Source of the DNA: a virus
Taxonomy: Duplodnaviria; Caudoviricetes
Strand: one strand, 5' to 3'
Length of the DNA: 54,648 nt
IMG/VR virus record: IMGVR_UViG_3300023055_000119
Location: 1 to 54,648 of that record
Shown: positions 9,190-19,700 of the stretch, in pieces
Numbering within the stretch: the first letter of the stretch is position 1
Layout: each line of letters starts with the position of its first letter
Notes under the pieces: model-generated
Seen by the model: the letters and a program-made list of their open reading frames with translations, nothing else
Databases searched by the model: none
What the model was told of the DNA's origin: nothing
Translations under genes and position numbers: made by a program

Positions 9190-9211
9190 TGCCCCGTCGC
9201 CGGGGCTTTTT
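9190..9211 (+). terminator. Rho-independent terminator
   Basis: GCCCCG-tcgc-CGGGGC followed by a T run. Confidence 0.65.
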
Positions 9212-9303
9212 TGGTTATTACCTTTAGAAACATCCTTTTGTTGTCAATTTATATTGCGCGTATAAACTACACTCATCACAGAAATAATATCTCTGGAGTT
9301 TCC

Positions 9304-9396
9304 ATGAATGTCTCACCTCGCATAGTTATTCTTATAAATATTGCCGCTATCGTATTGCTGGTTTGGTGGCTTGGAGAATACAAAGGATGGTTTTAA
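9304..9396 (+). CDS. 30-aa membrane peptide MNVSPRIVILINIAAIVLLVWWLGEYKGWF
   Basis: GGAG SD; upstream TTGTCA-N16-TAAACT; single TM. Confidence 0.6.
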   Translation: MNVSPRIVILINIAAIVLLVWWLGEYKGWF

Positions 9397-9473
9397 CAAT
9401 TTGACTCATTCTACTAGCGGAGTGTAAAAAACAATGCTTTAATTGGTTCTTTACATTTTCTTAACGCGAAAAC

Positions 9474-10508
9474 ATGAGCAGAATTGCATATATAGATCAT
9501 ATGAAATCGATTGCGATTTTACTCGTAATTCTTACCCACGCTCATGAGTTTGCAGGGGTTAAAAATCCAACAATACTAAGCCTTCTATATTCGATTGATA
9601 GGATTGGCGTACCTCTATTTCTGATTACATCCGGGATATTGACAATTAAGCGAGCCGCCACAGAAGGCCTTAATTATATTAAACTGGGCGTGCTTATTCA
9701 GCTAATGGCACTACTAATAATCTTTTCAGTATTTACAAATGGATTATATAACAATCTTATTTTAAAAATACCTTTTGCCGATTCATTCGTCAGAGCGATT
9801 GAATTTAATAACATTGTGATGTATGGCGAGAATCATAACGCCATACATCTTTGGTATCTTTTTTTATAAATACCAATGTACGCGCTGGCCCCTTTCATCG
9901 GAAAGCTTTCTGTAAGCTGCACTAAAAATGAGTTGTTGGTTTTTATGATTATCTGCATTCTTTTAAACCAGTTACCAAGAACAATCGAGATAGTTACAGG
10001 ACAAAAAATATTCCTTAATTCATTTTACACAGACTTCACTGGTTCATTTTTGCTTTTTTATGTGTTTGGGTACTGGTATGTGTTTAAGAATGGGGGTGGA
10101 TCAATCTCGTTGCTTGGTGCGTTGGGGTGTGGCGCTGTTGCACTTTCAATAATAATTGCAAAATGTATTTATGAAACAAAATACGGCATCAGCTTCCTTT
10201 TGAACTGGTACAATAATTCATTGAGCATACTAGCACTTGGAGTAATCTCATTTATTATTCTGTATAGAATCACAAAGAACTCCTCAAACTCAGCTCTATC
10301 TGGGTATATTTCAAATCTGTCATTTGGCGTATACCTAATTCATTTGATTTTCATAATCATAGCTAAGTACTACATTTTAAATCTTGAAATAACTAGCAAC
10401 CCGTATCTGATTATGATGTTGCTTTTTGCAGCGGCAACACTATCGTTTCCTGTTGTAAAATTCATGTCTAGTTACAAGGCATTAAGATGGCTCTCAGGAT
10501 TTAGGTAA
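9474..10508 (+). pseudogene. Acyltransferase-3 family (O-antigen/surface glycan acetylase-like), split by one in-frame TAA at 9867-9869
   Basis: RIAYID.MKSIAILLVILTH, RIGVPLF, HLWYL, SFGVYLIH motifs; both halves are in the same frame. Confidence 0.85.
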
Positions 10509-10510
10509 TT

Positions 10511-10532
10511 TAAGCCGCTTGGTAGCGGCTTA
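10511..10532. terminator. Bidirectional terminator between convergent genes
   Basis: TAAGCCGCT-tggt-AGCGGCTTA. Confidence 0.7.
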
Positions 10533-10539
10533 TAATAAT

Positions 10540-12444
10540 TTAAACCGATGGAGTTTGACGCCAATTTGTTCCATCAAAGACGTACATCATGGTATCTCCA
10601 CCACTAAGTGTTTTGTCGCTGGCCCCATTGTTAGCTATGCCGCCATTGCCCGGGTTGTGTCGCATGACAAAGGCTATCGCTGCTGAATTTCTAATTATGA
10701 GGAGGAAACCCGGGCGTACAGGTTGACCATAGTCGTCGTTGACGGAAATACTGCCAAATGTACTTCCAGTAGATGTTGCCGAAACCGCTACAACTCCTGT
10801 AGCCCCGAGACTGTCACCAACTATCATATTGGCGTTAGTGCCGGTTACTTGCTGTTCTTTGTAGCCAGGCCTTGGCTTGCCCGCGCCTATAACTTTCGCC
10901 TTAACTGATGATAACCTGTTGTTTAGGTAATTATTACCCAGGTTAAGAGTCATTAAATCGCTACCGTATTGGCGAACGAGCTGGATATTTGAGCCATTAA
11001 AAAGCCCTACAGCATTACTAACTTCAGCAGCGGTGTCGGCGGGCGCGCCACTTTTTAGCGATCCGTAAAACCCCGTCACCATTAGCTGCTCACAGAACCC
11101 TGCAGCCAGAAACTTCTGGCTACTGACTGCTGTGATATTGTTAAGGCTAACGTTGTAGAGTGTACCAGCCTTGGTTCCTTCAACCAGAACGTCGGCATAG
11201 GTTGATCCGGAGTAATTAGCGCCATTTACTTGAACGTCATTCGCTACATTTTCTGATTTGATGCGCATATGAATAGATGTGCCAGTACTTTGCAGGTTAG
11301 AGCATGTCACTCGCTCTAACTGTGCAGTTGTGCTGTAAACCCAAACACCCTGACTGCAAACACCGTTTCCAATGTTTATATGCCCATCAAGAACTACATT
11401 CTTTGCCGTGCTGTAATCGGCGTCCGATTTGATGATTACGCCAGTGTCACAACTTACAGAAATTATGCTTTGAGCAATTACATTCCTGCTTTTAATAGCT
11501 AATCCAAAAAGATTATATGCTGCGGTAACGAGGCTGATATGTGCCGAATCATACCCCTCAACCAGAACTGCATGATACTGATCGCTACTTGATAAACCCG
11601 AGCAGACAATATTTCTGACCCGCGCAGATGCTCCGGCAGTATTATTTGTAGAAAGGATGAGACAGTCACCAGCTGATCCTGCATCCCTCTTAATTCCTAG
11701 ATTTTCAACAACTACCTGAGGAGATGAGATTCGAAGGTTACCAATAATAATGCTGCCTTTGGACATGGTGTTCGTTGACCAGTTATAGTCAGGAACTCTA
11801 TCCCCGATGATTGCTATCGGTACAGTAATTACGCCACCTTTCCATACGTAGGACTTAGCGGGAATTCGTAATGCAATTCCCCTGGCAGCACAATACGTTA
11901 TTGCCTGTTGAATGGCTGTCGTATCGTTTGTTACACCATCGCCTTTGGCTCCAAAATCATCAGGAGTTTTATAGCCAAATTTAAACAGATTAATTTCCTC
12001 CTGGACAGTTTTGCCAGATTCTGTTCGCGACAGTCCCGCCCCGGTATTTTCATTGAGATTAGACCGTAAAGATGCATCTCCAACACCGACCCATTTTCCA
12101 CTTCCAATGCCGCCAGCACTATCTGGAGTAGAGCCAGCGGGCACTACTTTGGGGAGGGTGCCGTCCCAGCGGTAGAACTCTCCGTTCGCTTTCCAGCGCA
12201 AGCACTCGTTAGCAAGGCTAATGGTGCCGCCATCCTCAAAAGAATCCTTCGTGATATAGCCATATTTCAGCATTGCCTGATTTGCATCGTAATTTATGCC
12301 TTCAATTGTACGATGTGTTCCCCCAAGTCGGTCAATGTATTCATGACCTTCCGAAGTAACAAACTCATCAATTTTACCTGCATTGAACTTAAGGTCGCGT
12401 GGTGATTCGCTAGGTACAGCGTTGTTTGTTGGTTGCGTAGCCAT
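10540..12444 (-). CDS. Tailspike with virion-binding N-terminus and pectate-lyase-like beta-helix
   Basis: MATQPT..VPSESPRDLKFNAGKIDEFV; DFGAKGDGVTNDTTAIQ.A; N/S/G-rich beta-helix. Confidence 0.88.
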   Translation of the reverse strand: MATQPTNNAVPSESPRDLKFNAGKIDEFVTSEGHEYIDRLGGTHRTIEGINYDANQAMLKYGYITKDSFEDGGTISLANECLRWKANGEFYRWDGTLPKVVPAGSTPDSAGGIGSGKWVGVGDASLRSNLNENTGAGLSRTESGKTVQEEINLFKFGYKTPDDFGAKGDGVTNDTTAIQQAITYCAARGIALRIPAKSYVWKGGVITVPIAIIGDRVPDYNWSTNTMSKGSIIIGNLRISSPQVVVENLGIKRDAGSAGDCLILSTNNTAGASARVRNIVCSGLSSSDQYHAVLVEGYDSAHISLVTAAYNLFGLAIKSRNVIAQSIISVSCDTGVIIKSDADYSTAKNVVLDGHINIGNGVCSQGVWVYSTTAQLERVTCSNLQSTGTSIHMRIKSENVANDVQVNGANYSGSTYADVLVEGTKAGTLYNVSLNNITAVSSQKFLAAGFCEQLMVTGFYGSLKSGAPADTAAEVSNAVGLFNGSNIQLVRQYGSDLMTLNLGNNYLNNRLSSVKAKVIGAGKPRPGYKEQQVTGTNANMIVGDSLGATGVVAVSATSTGSTFGSISVNDDYGQPVRPGFLLIIRNSAAIAFVMRHNPGNGGIANNGASDKTLSGGDTMMYVFDGTNWRQTPSV

Positions 12445-12455
12445 ATTATTCCCAT

Positions 12456-12480
12456 AAAAAAAGCCAGCTTGATGGCTGGC
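12456..12480 (-). terminator. Terminator after the lipoprotein moron
   Basis: GCCAGC-N5-GCTGGC-T7 on the minus strand. Confidence 0.7.
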
Positions 12481-12509
12481 CTTGTGTTGGATAAGTTATT
12501 TTCGGTGAT

Positions 12510-12863
12510 TTACCGGTACTGAGTGGTCCCTGGATTAGTCAGTGCATGATTCACAACAATCCCATCCCGGAGAAGAACCTCCAGCGCTTTCTTGCTGACA
12601 TCAACTTTAGGGTTTGGGTTGAACATCTTCACAGCGGCGGTTGAGGTCACGTACTCATAAATCCATTTGACCTCATGATCGTTCACAATCTCTTTTTTAA
12701 CCGGCTCGCCTAACAGTGAGATCAGCTGATGATCGGTTGTTTTACCTGAAACAAGCTGAGTTGCTTTAGTTTCATCGAAATCTTTGCCAGCGTGGGCAGT
12801 GCTTCGATAAACACACCCAGAGAGTAGAAGTGCAATTAGTGAGACTATTACAATGTTTTTCAT
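12510..12863 (-). CDS. Lipoprotein moron, SmpA/OmlA (BamE)-like fold
   Basis: Lipobox LLSGC; G.T...LI.LLGEP...W.YEY pattern; start corrected to 12863. Confidence 0.7.
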   Translation of the reverse strand: MKNIVIVSLIALLLSGCVYRSTAHAGKDFDETKATQLVSGKTTDHQLISLLGEPVKKEIVNDHEVKWIYEYVTSTAAVKMFNPNPKVDVSKKALEVLLRDGIVVNHALTNPGTTQYR

Positions 12864-12936
12864 GTTCCATTCCTTTGATAGTGATTGCACTAATCCTAAA
12901 GAATGCCTCATGCAATAGAAAGCAAATCACGGTCAA

Positions 12937-15429
12937 TCACGGGTAAATCAGGTCGCTATACTCTGCGAGGGTTAATGCGGTAGTGCCATCGCTATTAGGC
13001 TGCTTCTCGCTGATGATCCACTGAGTCGCATTGAGCTCTTCAGTTGTGGCGATGACGTATCTCGATGGAGACTGAACGTCATAGCCGTCGAAGATGTTTA
13101 ACGCCATGTCAGGAATCGCAGCAGTGAACCCAAACGCGGTATCGGTGCGCGGCGTGGCGGCATATCTGGCAGAACTGTTGCCCAGCGAATCGGTGATGAC
13201 CACAAACATCGATCCAGCGAAATTGATTCGTTCACTGGTTTCGAACGTATTGCCACTGCGGGAAACGATGTAACCTGCCTGCTGGTTGGTGTCGTAGGTG
13301 TCTGGCACCTGAACCATATCGCCTACGTTCACCCACTCTCCATCTGCCAGCGCGGTAATTGCCATGCTCATACGCGAATAAAGCAACTGGCGGCATTCCT
13401 TCTGAGCGCGATAATCAGCCTGGAAAGCGTTGCGGATATACATCATCTCGAACTTCTTAGCTTTAGCGGGCTGGCCCAGCACTATCTGGTTGTTAGCTAC
13501 CCGGTAACGCACAAAAGCCTGCTTATTGGTGTTGGGGTCACGATACTGAACCTCAACGCCATCGTAATCACCTGGCAGGGTCATTTCATAGCTAAGTGAA
13601 TATCCTGACTGAACTGTGTTGGACCTATTAAAAACCGTCACAGGCCTGTCGCGCTTTTCATCCAGCGTGAATGACAACACGCCGTCGTCCCAGAAAACAC
13701 TCACTCCCGCCGCATCGCATATCGTCTCCATGCGGGAACCCAGTGATACATCCTCATCATCGAATGTGTAGTCGCAGTAACCGAGGCGAACATCTTTTGC
13801 ATCTAATTTGGCCTGAATCTGGTAAAGACCGTAAATGTCGATGCTGCTTTCCGCTTGCCCGCCAACTACCAGCCAGTTAAACAAGGCGATATCGGAGAAT
13901 TTTCGCGAGGGGCGCAGAGCGTAATCAACTGCTTGAGTCGTAGCGTTGTAGCTGATGACATAGCGATTAATCAGCGCGTTGTATTTCCTCTCTCTTTCGC
14001 TTGTAGCGTTCTCTGTTCCCTTCACCGTCACCCGCACAATGCAGTCGTTTTGATAGACCACATTTGATCTGATGTTCACAGAGTGAATGGCCTCGACTGT
14101 CAGCTTGTTGCCGGAATTAGAGTTATTCGTGCGGTAAAACGAGACTGCATACCTTCCGGCGCCAGCGGCCGGTGTTAGCTTGTATGTGTTGTAATAAGTT
14201 TTTGTGGTGACGTTGTAGGGGTTGTCAACGCTATAGGTGAAAGACTGCTCCGTTCCCGGGATCTGATTATTATCGTCGTCCACCTTCCATATTTTCGTTA
14301 CCCAATCTGTCGTGCCATCTGTCGGGCCTAGCTGGGAAACCATGTGCACCCATAGTTGCGATGATGCCACAGCAGAAAAGTAAGGGCCTGAAACGAGCCC
14401 CTCGTTATCGTTCAGAATGAACTTCACAAGGTTAATCGTGGCGTTTGCTGGCACGATACCGGCGTCAGCCCCTGACAGCGAGCCAATCACAAACGTGTAG
14501 TAATAGATTGGCGCCGTTACCGATCCGTTGTCACTCTGAGTTGCGCTAATCAGCGTACCGCTGAATGTTGCATCGCGCGTTACCGAGCCGCTTCCGGAGT
14601 TGTATGTGACGTTGACAGTAAAAGTTACGGCATGGGGTTTCGGCAAATCGAAGAAATAAGCGAACGATGACTGTCTGGTGATTTTAATTCTTGCCTGGTT
14701 ATTGATGAATCCAGCTTCAATCAGGCTTGTTGAGGTGGCAGTTTCAACAACAACACCATCATTCTCGTTCGCACCAAGAACCTCCTGCCCGTCTATTCCG
14801 TCAAAAGCAAATCCGACATTAACCGATCCGATATTCTCGCCAGGCTGGAAAACGGTATAACTCGCACCGGCAAGTGACGAAAGGTTTGACTCAGAATACC
14901 TGATACTGCTTACGTCATATTTTCCAAGACCAAAGTTCATCCATTCAGTGATGTATTTGTCATTGTTCGAATACTCAAATAACGACTCCTGAATAAGGTC
15001 CGGGAATGAGCGAATAAGCCCAAAGCTATCTGGCTTGGCCTCACCATTACGAGCGATGTTAGTCTGACCTTTCACGCTGTTGTTTGGCGATGTTTTACTG
15101 TTTCCAGCCGCGGCGCTGGCGTTTGGCTGCTTGATCAGCCCGCTCATTACTTTTTGGGTGAACTTGATGGGGTTAAAGTGCTCTAGAGGGTTAAGCAGCG
15201 TTCCTACCAGGCCGCCGCTTTTAGGCTGGTCAAATATGATAATCCTGTCGTTCTCATTGAGCGAAAAACCGACCTCATCATCATCTTGCAGCTCACGTCC
15301 ATTGACGTTTACGCGCATTTCAGCATGCAAGTTTGATTCGCCCAGCCATTCACTCAGTAGTGTCCCCGCAGGAACTTCTACGCGTTCTTTAGGCAGCCCC
15401 GGAACGCGCTGAATCTCGATAACTGGCAT
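12937..15429 (-). CDS. Tail tip / host specificity protein (TipJ-like)
   Basis: Size and position; SPNNS.KGQTN.AR, PDLIQ motifs; start corrected to MPVIEIQ. Confidence 0.8.
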   Translation of the reverse strand: MPVIEIQRVPGLPKERVEVPAGTLLSEWLGESNLHAEMRVNVNGRELQDDDEVGFSLNENDRIIIFDQPKSGGLVGTLLNPLEHFNPIKFTQKVMSGLIKQPNASAAAGNSKTSPNNSVKGQTNIARNGEAKPDSFGLIRSFPDLIQESLFEYSNNDKYITEWMNFGLGKYDVSSIRYSESNLSSLAGASYTVFQPGENIGSVNVGFAFDGIDGQEVLGANENDGVVVETATSTSLIEAGFINNQARIKITRQSSFAYFFDLPKPHAVTFTVNVTYNSGSGSVTRDATFSGTLISATQSDNGSVTAPIYYYTFVIGSLSGADAGIVPANATINLVKFILNDNEGLVSGPYFSAVASSQLWVHMVSQLGPTDGTTDWVTKIWKVDDDNNQIPGTEQSFTYSVDNPYNVTTKTYYNTYKLTPAAGAGRYAVSFYRTNNSNSGNKLTVEAIHSVNIRSNVVYQNDCIVRVTVKGTENATSERERKYNALINRYVISYNATTQAVDYALRPSRKFSDIALFNWLVVGGQAESSIDIYGLYQIQAKLDAKDVRLGYCDYTFDDEDVSLGSRMETICDAAGVSVFWDDGVLSFTLDEKRDRPVTVFNRSNTVQSGYSLSYEMTLPGDYDGVEVQYRDPNTNKQAFVRYRVANNQIVLGQPAKAKKFEMMYIRNAFQADYRAQKECRQLLYSRMSMAITALADGEWVNVGDMVQVPDTYDTNQQAGYIVSRSGNTFETSERINFAGSMFVVITDSLGNSSARYAATPRTDTAFGFTAAIPDMALNIFDGYDVQSPSRYVIATTEELNATQWIISEKQPNSDGTTALTLAEYSDLIYP

Positions 15430-15808
15430 ACGAATAAAACTCCACTTTGGTAAAAAGCTTTTGGATAGTGCGCATGTGGTCAGAACGTACGTGGCCGTTT
15501 TCTCCACGGCTATGTAGCGCCATCCCATATATCACTAACCCAACGTGAACCGGTTGTGCTCCGTAGAAGGCAACAAACATGTCGCCGTCACAGAAGGTTT
15601 CACCTTTGCGCCAGTAAACGATCTCGTTAAAAAAACACGTGGCAAAATCTCTTTCCGCTTCATATCCCGGCACATCATGGAGCTCAATTCCAAGCACGTG
15701 ACGGTAATACAGCACAATCAATCCCCAGCAATCGGCACCCTCAAAGCTGCAGGCACGATTGCGCCAGGGAATCCCCTCAACCTTTTCAAGAAATTCATCT
15801 TTAAGCAT
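15389..15808 (-). CDS. NlpC/P60 tail assembly protein
   Basis: GADCWGL, HVG...LH catalytic motifs. Confidence 0.82.
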   Translation of the reverse strand: MLKDEFLEKVEGIPWRNRACSFEGADCWGLIVLYYRHVLGIELHDVPGYEAERDFATCFFNEIVYWRKGETFCDGDMFVAFYGAQPVHVGLVIYGMALHSRGENGHVRSDHMRTIQKLFTKVEFYSYASYRDSARSGAA

Positions 15809-16271
15809 TTTGTAATCCGGGGAATTCTTCGATCGTATAGAGGCGGCCAACATTGTTGTTAACCGGATTCTTCAGGGTCAATGTGCAGGTAACGTCAGTG
15901 TCATCCATTGACACATCAGACACGTACAGGGTCCACGGCTTGAGTGGCGTGTTCATATCTCGCGCATCGAATTGCTGGTAAGTTGCAGATATAGGCGTCA
16001 GACGCGCGTATGCTTTCCACGCTTTCAGCTTTTGCTTGAAGTCCTGCGCTAGTCTCCCGAACTTGACGGAGCAGTCGATAACCGGCGTGCTGCTCTGCTG
16101 GCTCTCAATAACTTCCATTCGGCATGGCTGATAAACCTGTCCGGCGAATGTTTTTGGGAATATCTGGCGATTTACCAGACGAACCGAACCAAACACCGGA
16201 CTATTGAAAGTTAGCGTGTCGAAAAGGATTTGATTTGGCCGCTGGCTTTTAACTTCTCTAAATGTCGGCAT
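15801..16271 (-). CDS. Minor tail protein (DUF1833-like)
   Basis: Position after the distal tail gene; C-terminal YT.EEFPGL. Confidence 0.7.
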   Translation of the reverse strand: MPTFREVKSQRPNQILFDTLTFNSPVFGSVRLVNRQIFPKTFAGQVYQPCRMEVIESQQSSTPVIDCSVKFGRLAQDFKQKLKAWKAYARLTPISATYQQFDARDMNTPLKPWTLYVSDVSMDDTDVTCTLTLKNPVNNNVGRLYTIEEFPGLQNA

Positions 16272-16768
16272 TACGGCACCCTCGGCAATGATTCAGGATC
16301 TCGATTATCCGGATAGCCAGTCACCACAATATCCAGCCAACTAGCCCAAGGCGGCGGCAATTCAATAAGAATGTCGTCAAAGTCATCATCGGAGCTTTTC
16401 AGCTCACGCGCGATGACCGTGCCAGCCCAGGTGAACGTCGAACCGCTCTGGTTCCACGTCGGATAAGCTGTAAAGTGAAGCTCCTGCATTTCCAGCCCTG
16501 TGTCACCCGTACCGGTTGAAAGCCTCATGCTGAACCATTGATTGGCGTTATCCAGATAGTTCGGACTGCGCAACCACTGATAAAAGGCCCGATGTTGGGC
16601 GGCGGTAAAAATCCAGGTAAGGTTGAATGAAGCTTTCAGGTCATCAGTGAGCTTTTGAAATATGGGGGCACCGACCTGTGGCTGATCGGTGCGAAACCCC
16701 GTGTCATTGGTGACGTTTTTATTCGACTTCTGAGCGAGAGGAAGCCAGTCAGGATAGGGAATTGCCAT
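16271..16768 (-). CDS. Distal tail protein-like
   Basis: Follows tape measure; MAIPYP.WLPL start. Confidence 0.65.
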   Translation of the reverse strand: MAIPYPDWLPLAQKSNKNVTNDTGFRTDQPQVGAPIFQKLTDDLKASFNLTWIFTAAQHRAFYQWLRSPNYLDNANQWFSMRLSTGTGDTGLEMQELHFTAYPTWNQSGSTFTWAGTVIARELKSSDDDFDDILIELPPPWASWLDIVVTGYPDNRDPESLPRVP

Positions 16769-16770
16769 GG

Positions 16771-19700
16771 TTATCCTTTTGCTTTTCGTGGAGCCTGGAA
16801 GTTATTTGTCAGCGCATTGCTGATCCTCCCTCCCTGATTAAGGTCTGCAACTATCACGTCAATCGTTACGCCGTTGCCGTCATTGCTTGCCTGTGCATCA
16901 ACAGTCGCAGAGGTGTAGTTCTGGATATTAATGACCACGCCACCGCTGGCTGACGCGCCGCCGCCTGAGCTCAGGTCTTTATTGCTGATAACTGAGCCGT
17001 TGTCCCCGGGTATCATGTACTGGCTGCCATTGCTGGCACGGTAGATTTCAGGCATGCCACCCTCACCCACCTGATACATCGAGCCAGCCGACACTGGTCC
17101 GCCGTTCTTACGCTTTCCAGCCAACCCGCCCGCCAGCGCCATCCCCGCAATCAACGCACCAATACCGATTATCGCTGCGCCACCAAACGAACCAATTGAT
17201 GCCGCAGCAGCTGCTGGCAACCATGCGACCGTAGTTGTTGCTGCAGATGCTGTGCTTGCTGCGGTAGTTGTGGCTATGCCTGCAACCGATGCGGACGTTG
17301 TTGCAGCTGTTGCTGAGATTTGAGCAGTCGAACCCATCACAGCAGATTTAACCCACTCAACGCCCATCTGGACGAAGGAGTTAATCAGGCTGTTGATAGC
17401 GTTGCTGGCGAGTGACTGCATAGCCTCCTGAGCTGTCATGCTGCCAGTAACCATTCCTGTGAAGGCGTTAGATGCATTGCCAGCCAGTGAATCAAACGAT
17501 GCTGCTAAGGCCTCATTGCCAACACTCTGATTGCGCCACATAGTCCACATCGCAGCTGTTCGCTGCTGGTCGTACTGTGTGTTCAGTGAATTGCGCAGAG
17601 CGAGGCTTTGCTGTTCGGTAAGAACCTTTTGGTTCTCGAACTGCTGGATGAGCGCTAATTTCTGCGCATTCTCATTGGCAAGCTGCTGAACTGGATCGAC
17701 AGTGCCGGCGGCGGCCTGCTGTGGCGTGACAACCTGCTCGGAGCGTATTTTCGCAAGGTTGGTCTGGTGCTGCTGCTCCAGTTGCTCAGCGGTGGCGTTA
17801 TACTGCTCTTGGCTGATTTTCTTCGCGGATAATGCAGCATTCAGATCGTCTACATCCTGCTTGTAGCTGGCGTTCTCCTTCGCTTCAGGCAATAACTTCT
17901 CTGCCGCTGCCTGTGCGCGGATTGCATTGCCGGTATCCCACTTTGCAGCAGCATACTTGCCAGCCAGCTCAATATCTTTTTGAGTTGCAGCGCTGCCAAG
18001 CGATTGCTGTGCGGTAAGAATAGCCTGCTCACGACTCAGCTCACGAGTCGAATCGCCAACCAATTCTGATTGCTGCTTCAGATTAGCTAGCTTCTGAGCG
18101 ACAGAATCAGCCTGTGTTTCCGCCCTCTTTCCTTCAGCTATTCCTGCGCGCGTCTCTTTGTTGCGATTTGCCTCGGCCTGCTGAAGATCGTACTGGGCCC
18201 CAGCCAGTTCTCCGGCGGTGTTAATTTGGTTTTGATTGCCACCTTTTGCGTTTGCCTCCATGCGAGCTTTGGTTACAGCACGGAGTCGCTTATCTGTAAT
18301 GGCAAGTAAGGCGTTTTCAGCTTCAAGGTCTTTGTTATAGGCATCCGCCTGATCGCTACGTGGCAGCTGCAGGCTGGTTGAGTTAAATTTCTCCTTGGAC
18401 CTGCTGGCAAAATCAATCGCATTCCCAAACTGATTCATCAGGCCAGTTGCAACTCCAGCAGCCTCACCATCTCGTTTAAGCAGGTCGATACCCTGCGCGA
18501 AGGTGCCATTCATCTGTGCGCGCAAAATGCCTGTCTTGCTAACCGTCTGACTCAGCTTGTTCTGAGCTGTCTCATTCTGCGCGAGTAGTTGGGTGTGCTC
18601 GCTCTGTGCATCTGTCAGTTCTGAAAGCGTGACTTTGTAGAGCAGGCTGCCTTCCTGAAGATAACTAAGCGTGCGGCGAAGGCGGTATTGCTGCAGCTCG
18701 TTGGATTCAAGGCTGGACTGGTTATCTTTTATCGCATCGGCCTGCGCCTTGATGGATTTGGTCGCATTGTCGATTTCAGCTGCAAGCTGAATCTGACTCA
18801 TGCTCTTCATCTTGGCGATCACACCATCAAGCTTGTCAGCGAAATCGATGCTCTCCTGACGAGCCTGCTGCATTTTCTGGTAGAAGTAGAAGATGCCTGC
18901 TGCAGCAATTACCGCCAGCCCTGCCGGTCCGCCAATCAACGCCAGAGCGCCTTTGGCTAAACCGCCAATAGTGGTAGTCGCAGCAGCAGAAGCCGAAGCT
19001 GCTGTTCTGGTTGCGGCAGCTTCTGCCAGTTGCGCTTCTGCATATGCAGCCGATCGCTGAATAGCTACAGATTTGACGGCCACCAGATTTTCAAGCGCGA
19101 ACGCCTCCGCCGCCGAACCTCTGGCAACGTTGTATTCAGTCTGAGCAAGCGCAAGGTTTGATAATGCCTGCTCTTTGTCGAGACCTGCTTTCAGAGCCGT
19201 AACGCGCGCGGCGTTAGCTGTAGCCGCTGCTGATTGGGCTGTCGCTGCTGTCTGAGCCTTCGCCGCCAGTGAATCATCAATGCGGGCTTTGGTTGCCAGC
19301 GCCAACGCGCCGACAAAACGGCCGCCAAAAATTACTGCAGCAACAGCAATTGCGTTCGCCACGATATCGAGATTCTGACTGAGTGAAATCACACCCTCAT
19401 TAAACACACGAATTGAAGTGGAAACGCTGGAGCTTTCGCCTACGAATTTGGTGATGTTGTTGGTGGCGATCGTAAACGCCTGGCCCATTGTGGTCGTGGT
19501 GTTTGCGAATTCCTTTGCGATTGCGCTGCTCTGCTTGAGCAGGCCGTTAACGACCACTTCAGTTGTCAATTTACCCTGCGCAGCCATGCCACGAAGCTGG
19601 CCAATGGTCACGCCAAGAGAATCGGCAAGTGCCACCGCAAGGCGGCTACCGTTCTCAGAGATTGAGTTGAATTCCTCACCGCGCAGAACGCCAGACGCCA

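Noticed and set aside
9166-9303. N-terminal part of the 76-aa ORF
   Set aside because: It crosses a terminator and a promoter; the SD supports the start at 9304
9859-9869. Phase variation of the acyltransferase by the T7 tract
   Set aside because: Both halves are already in the same frame; the break is a stop codon, not a frameshift
10540-15429. Tail-fibre inversion system or diversity-generating retroelement
   Set aside because: No invertase, reverse transcriptase or template/variable repeat seen
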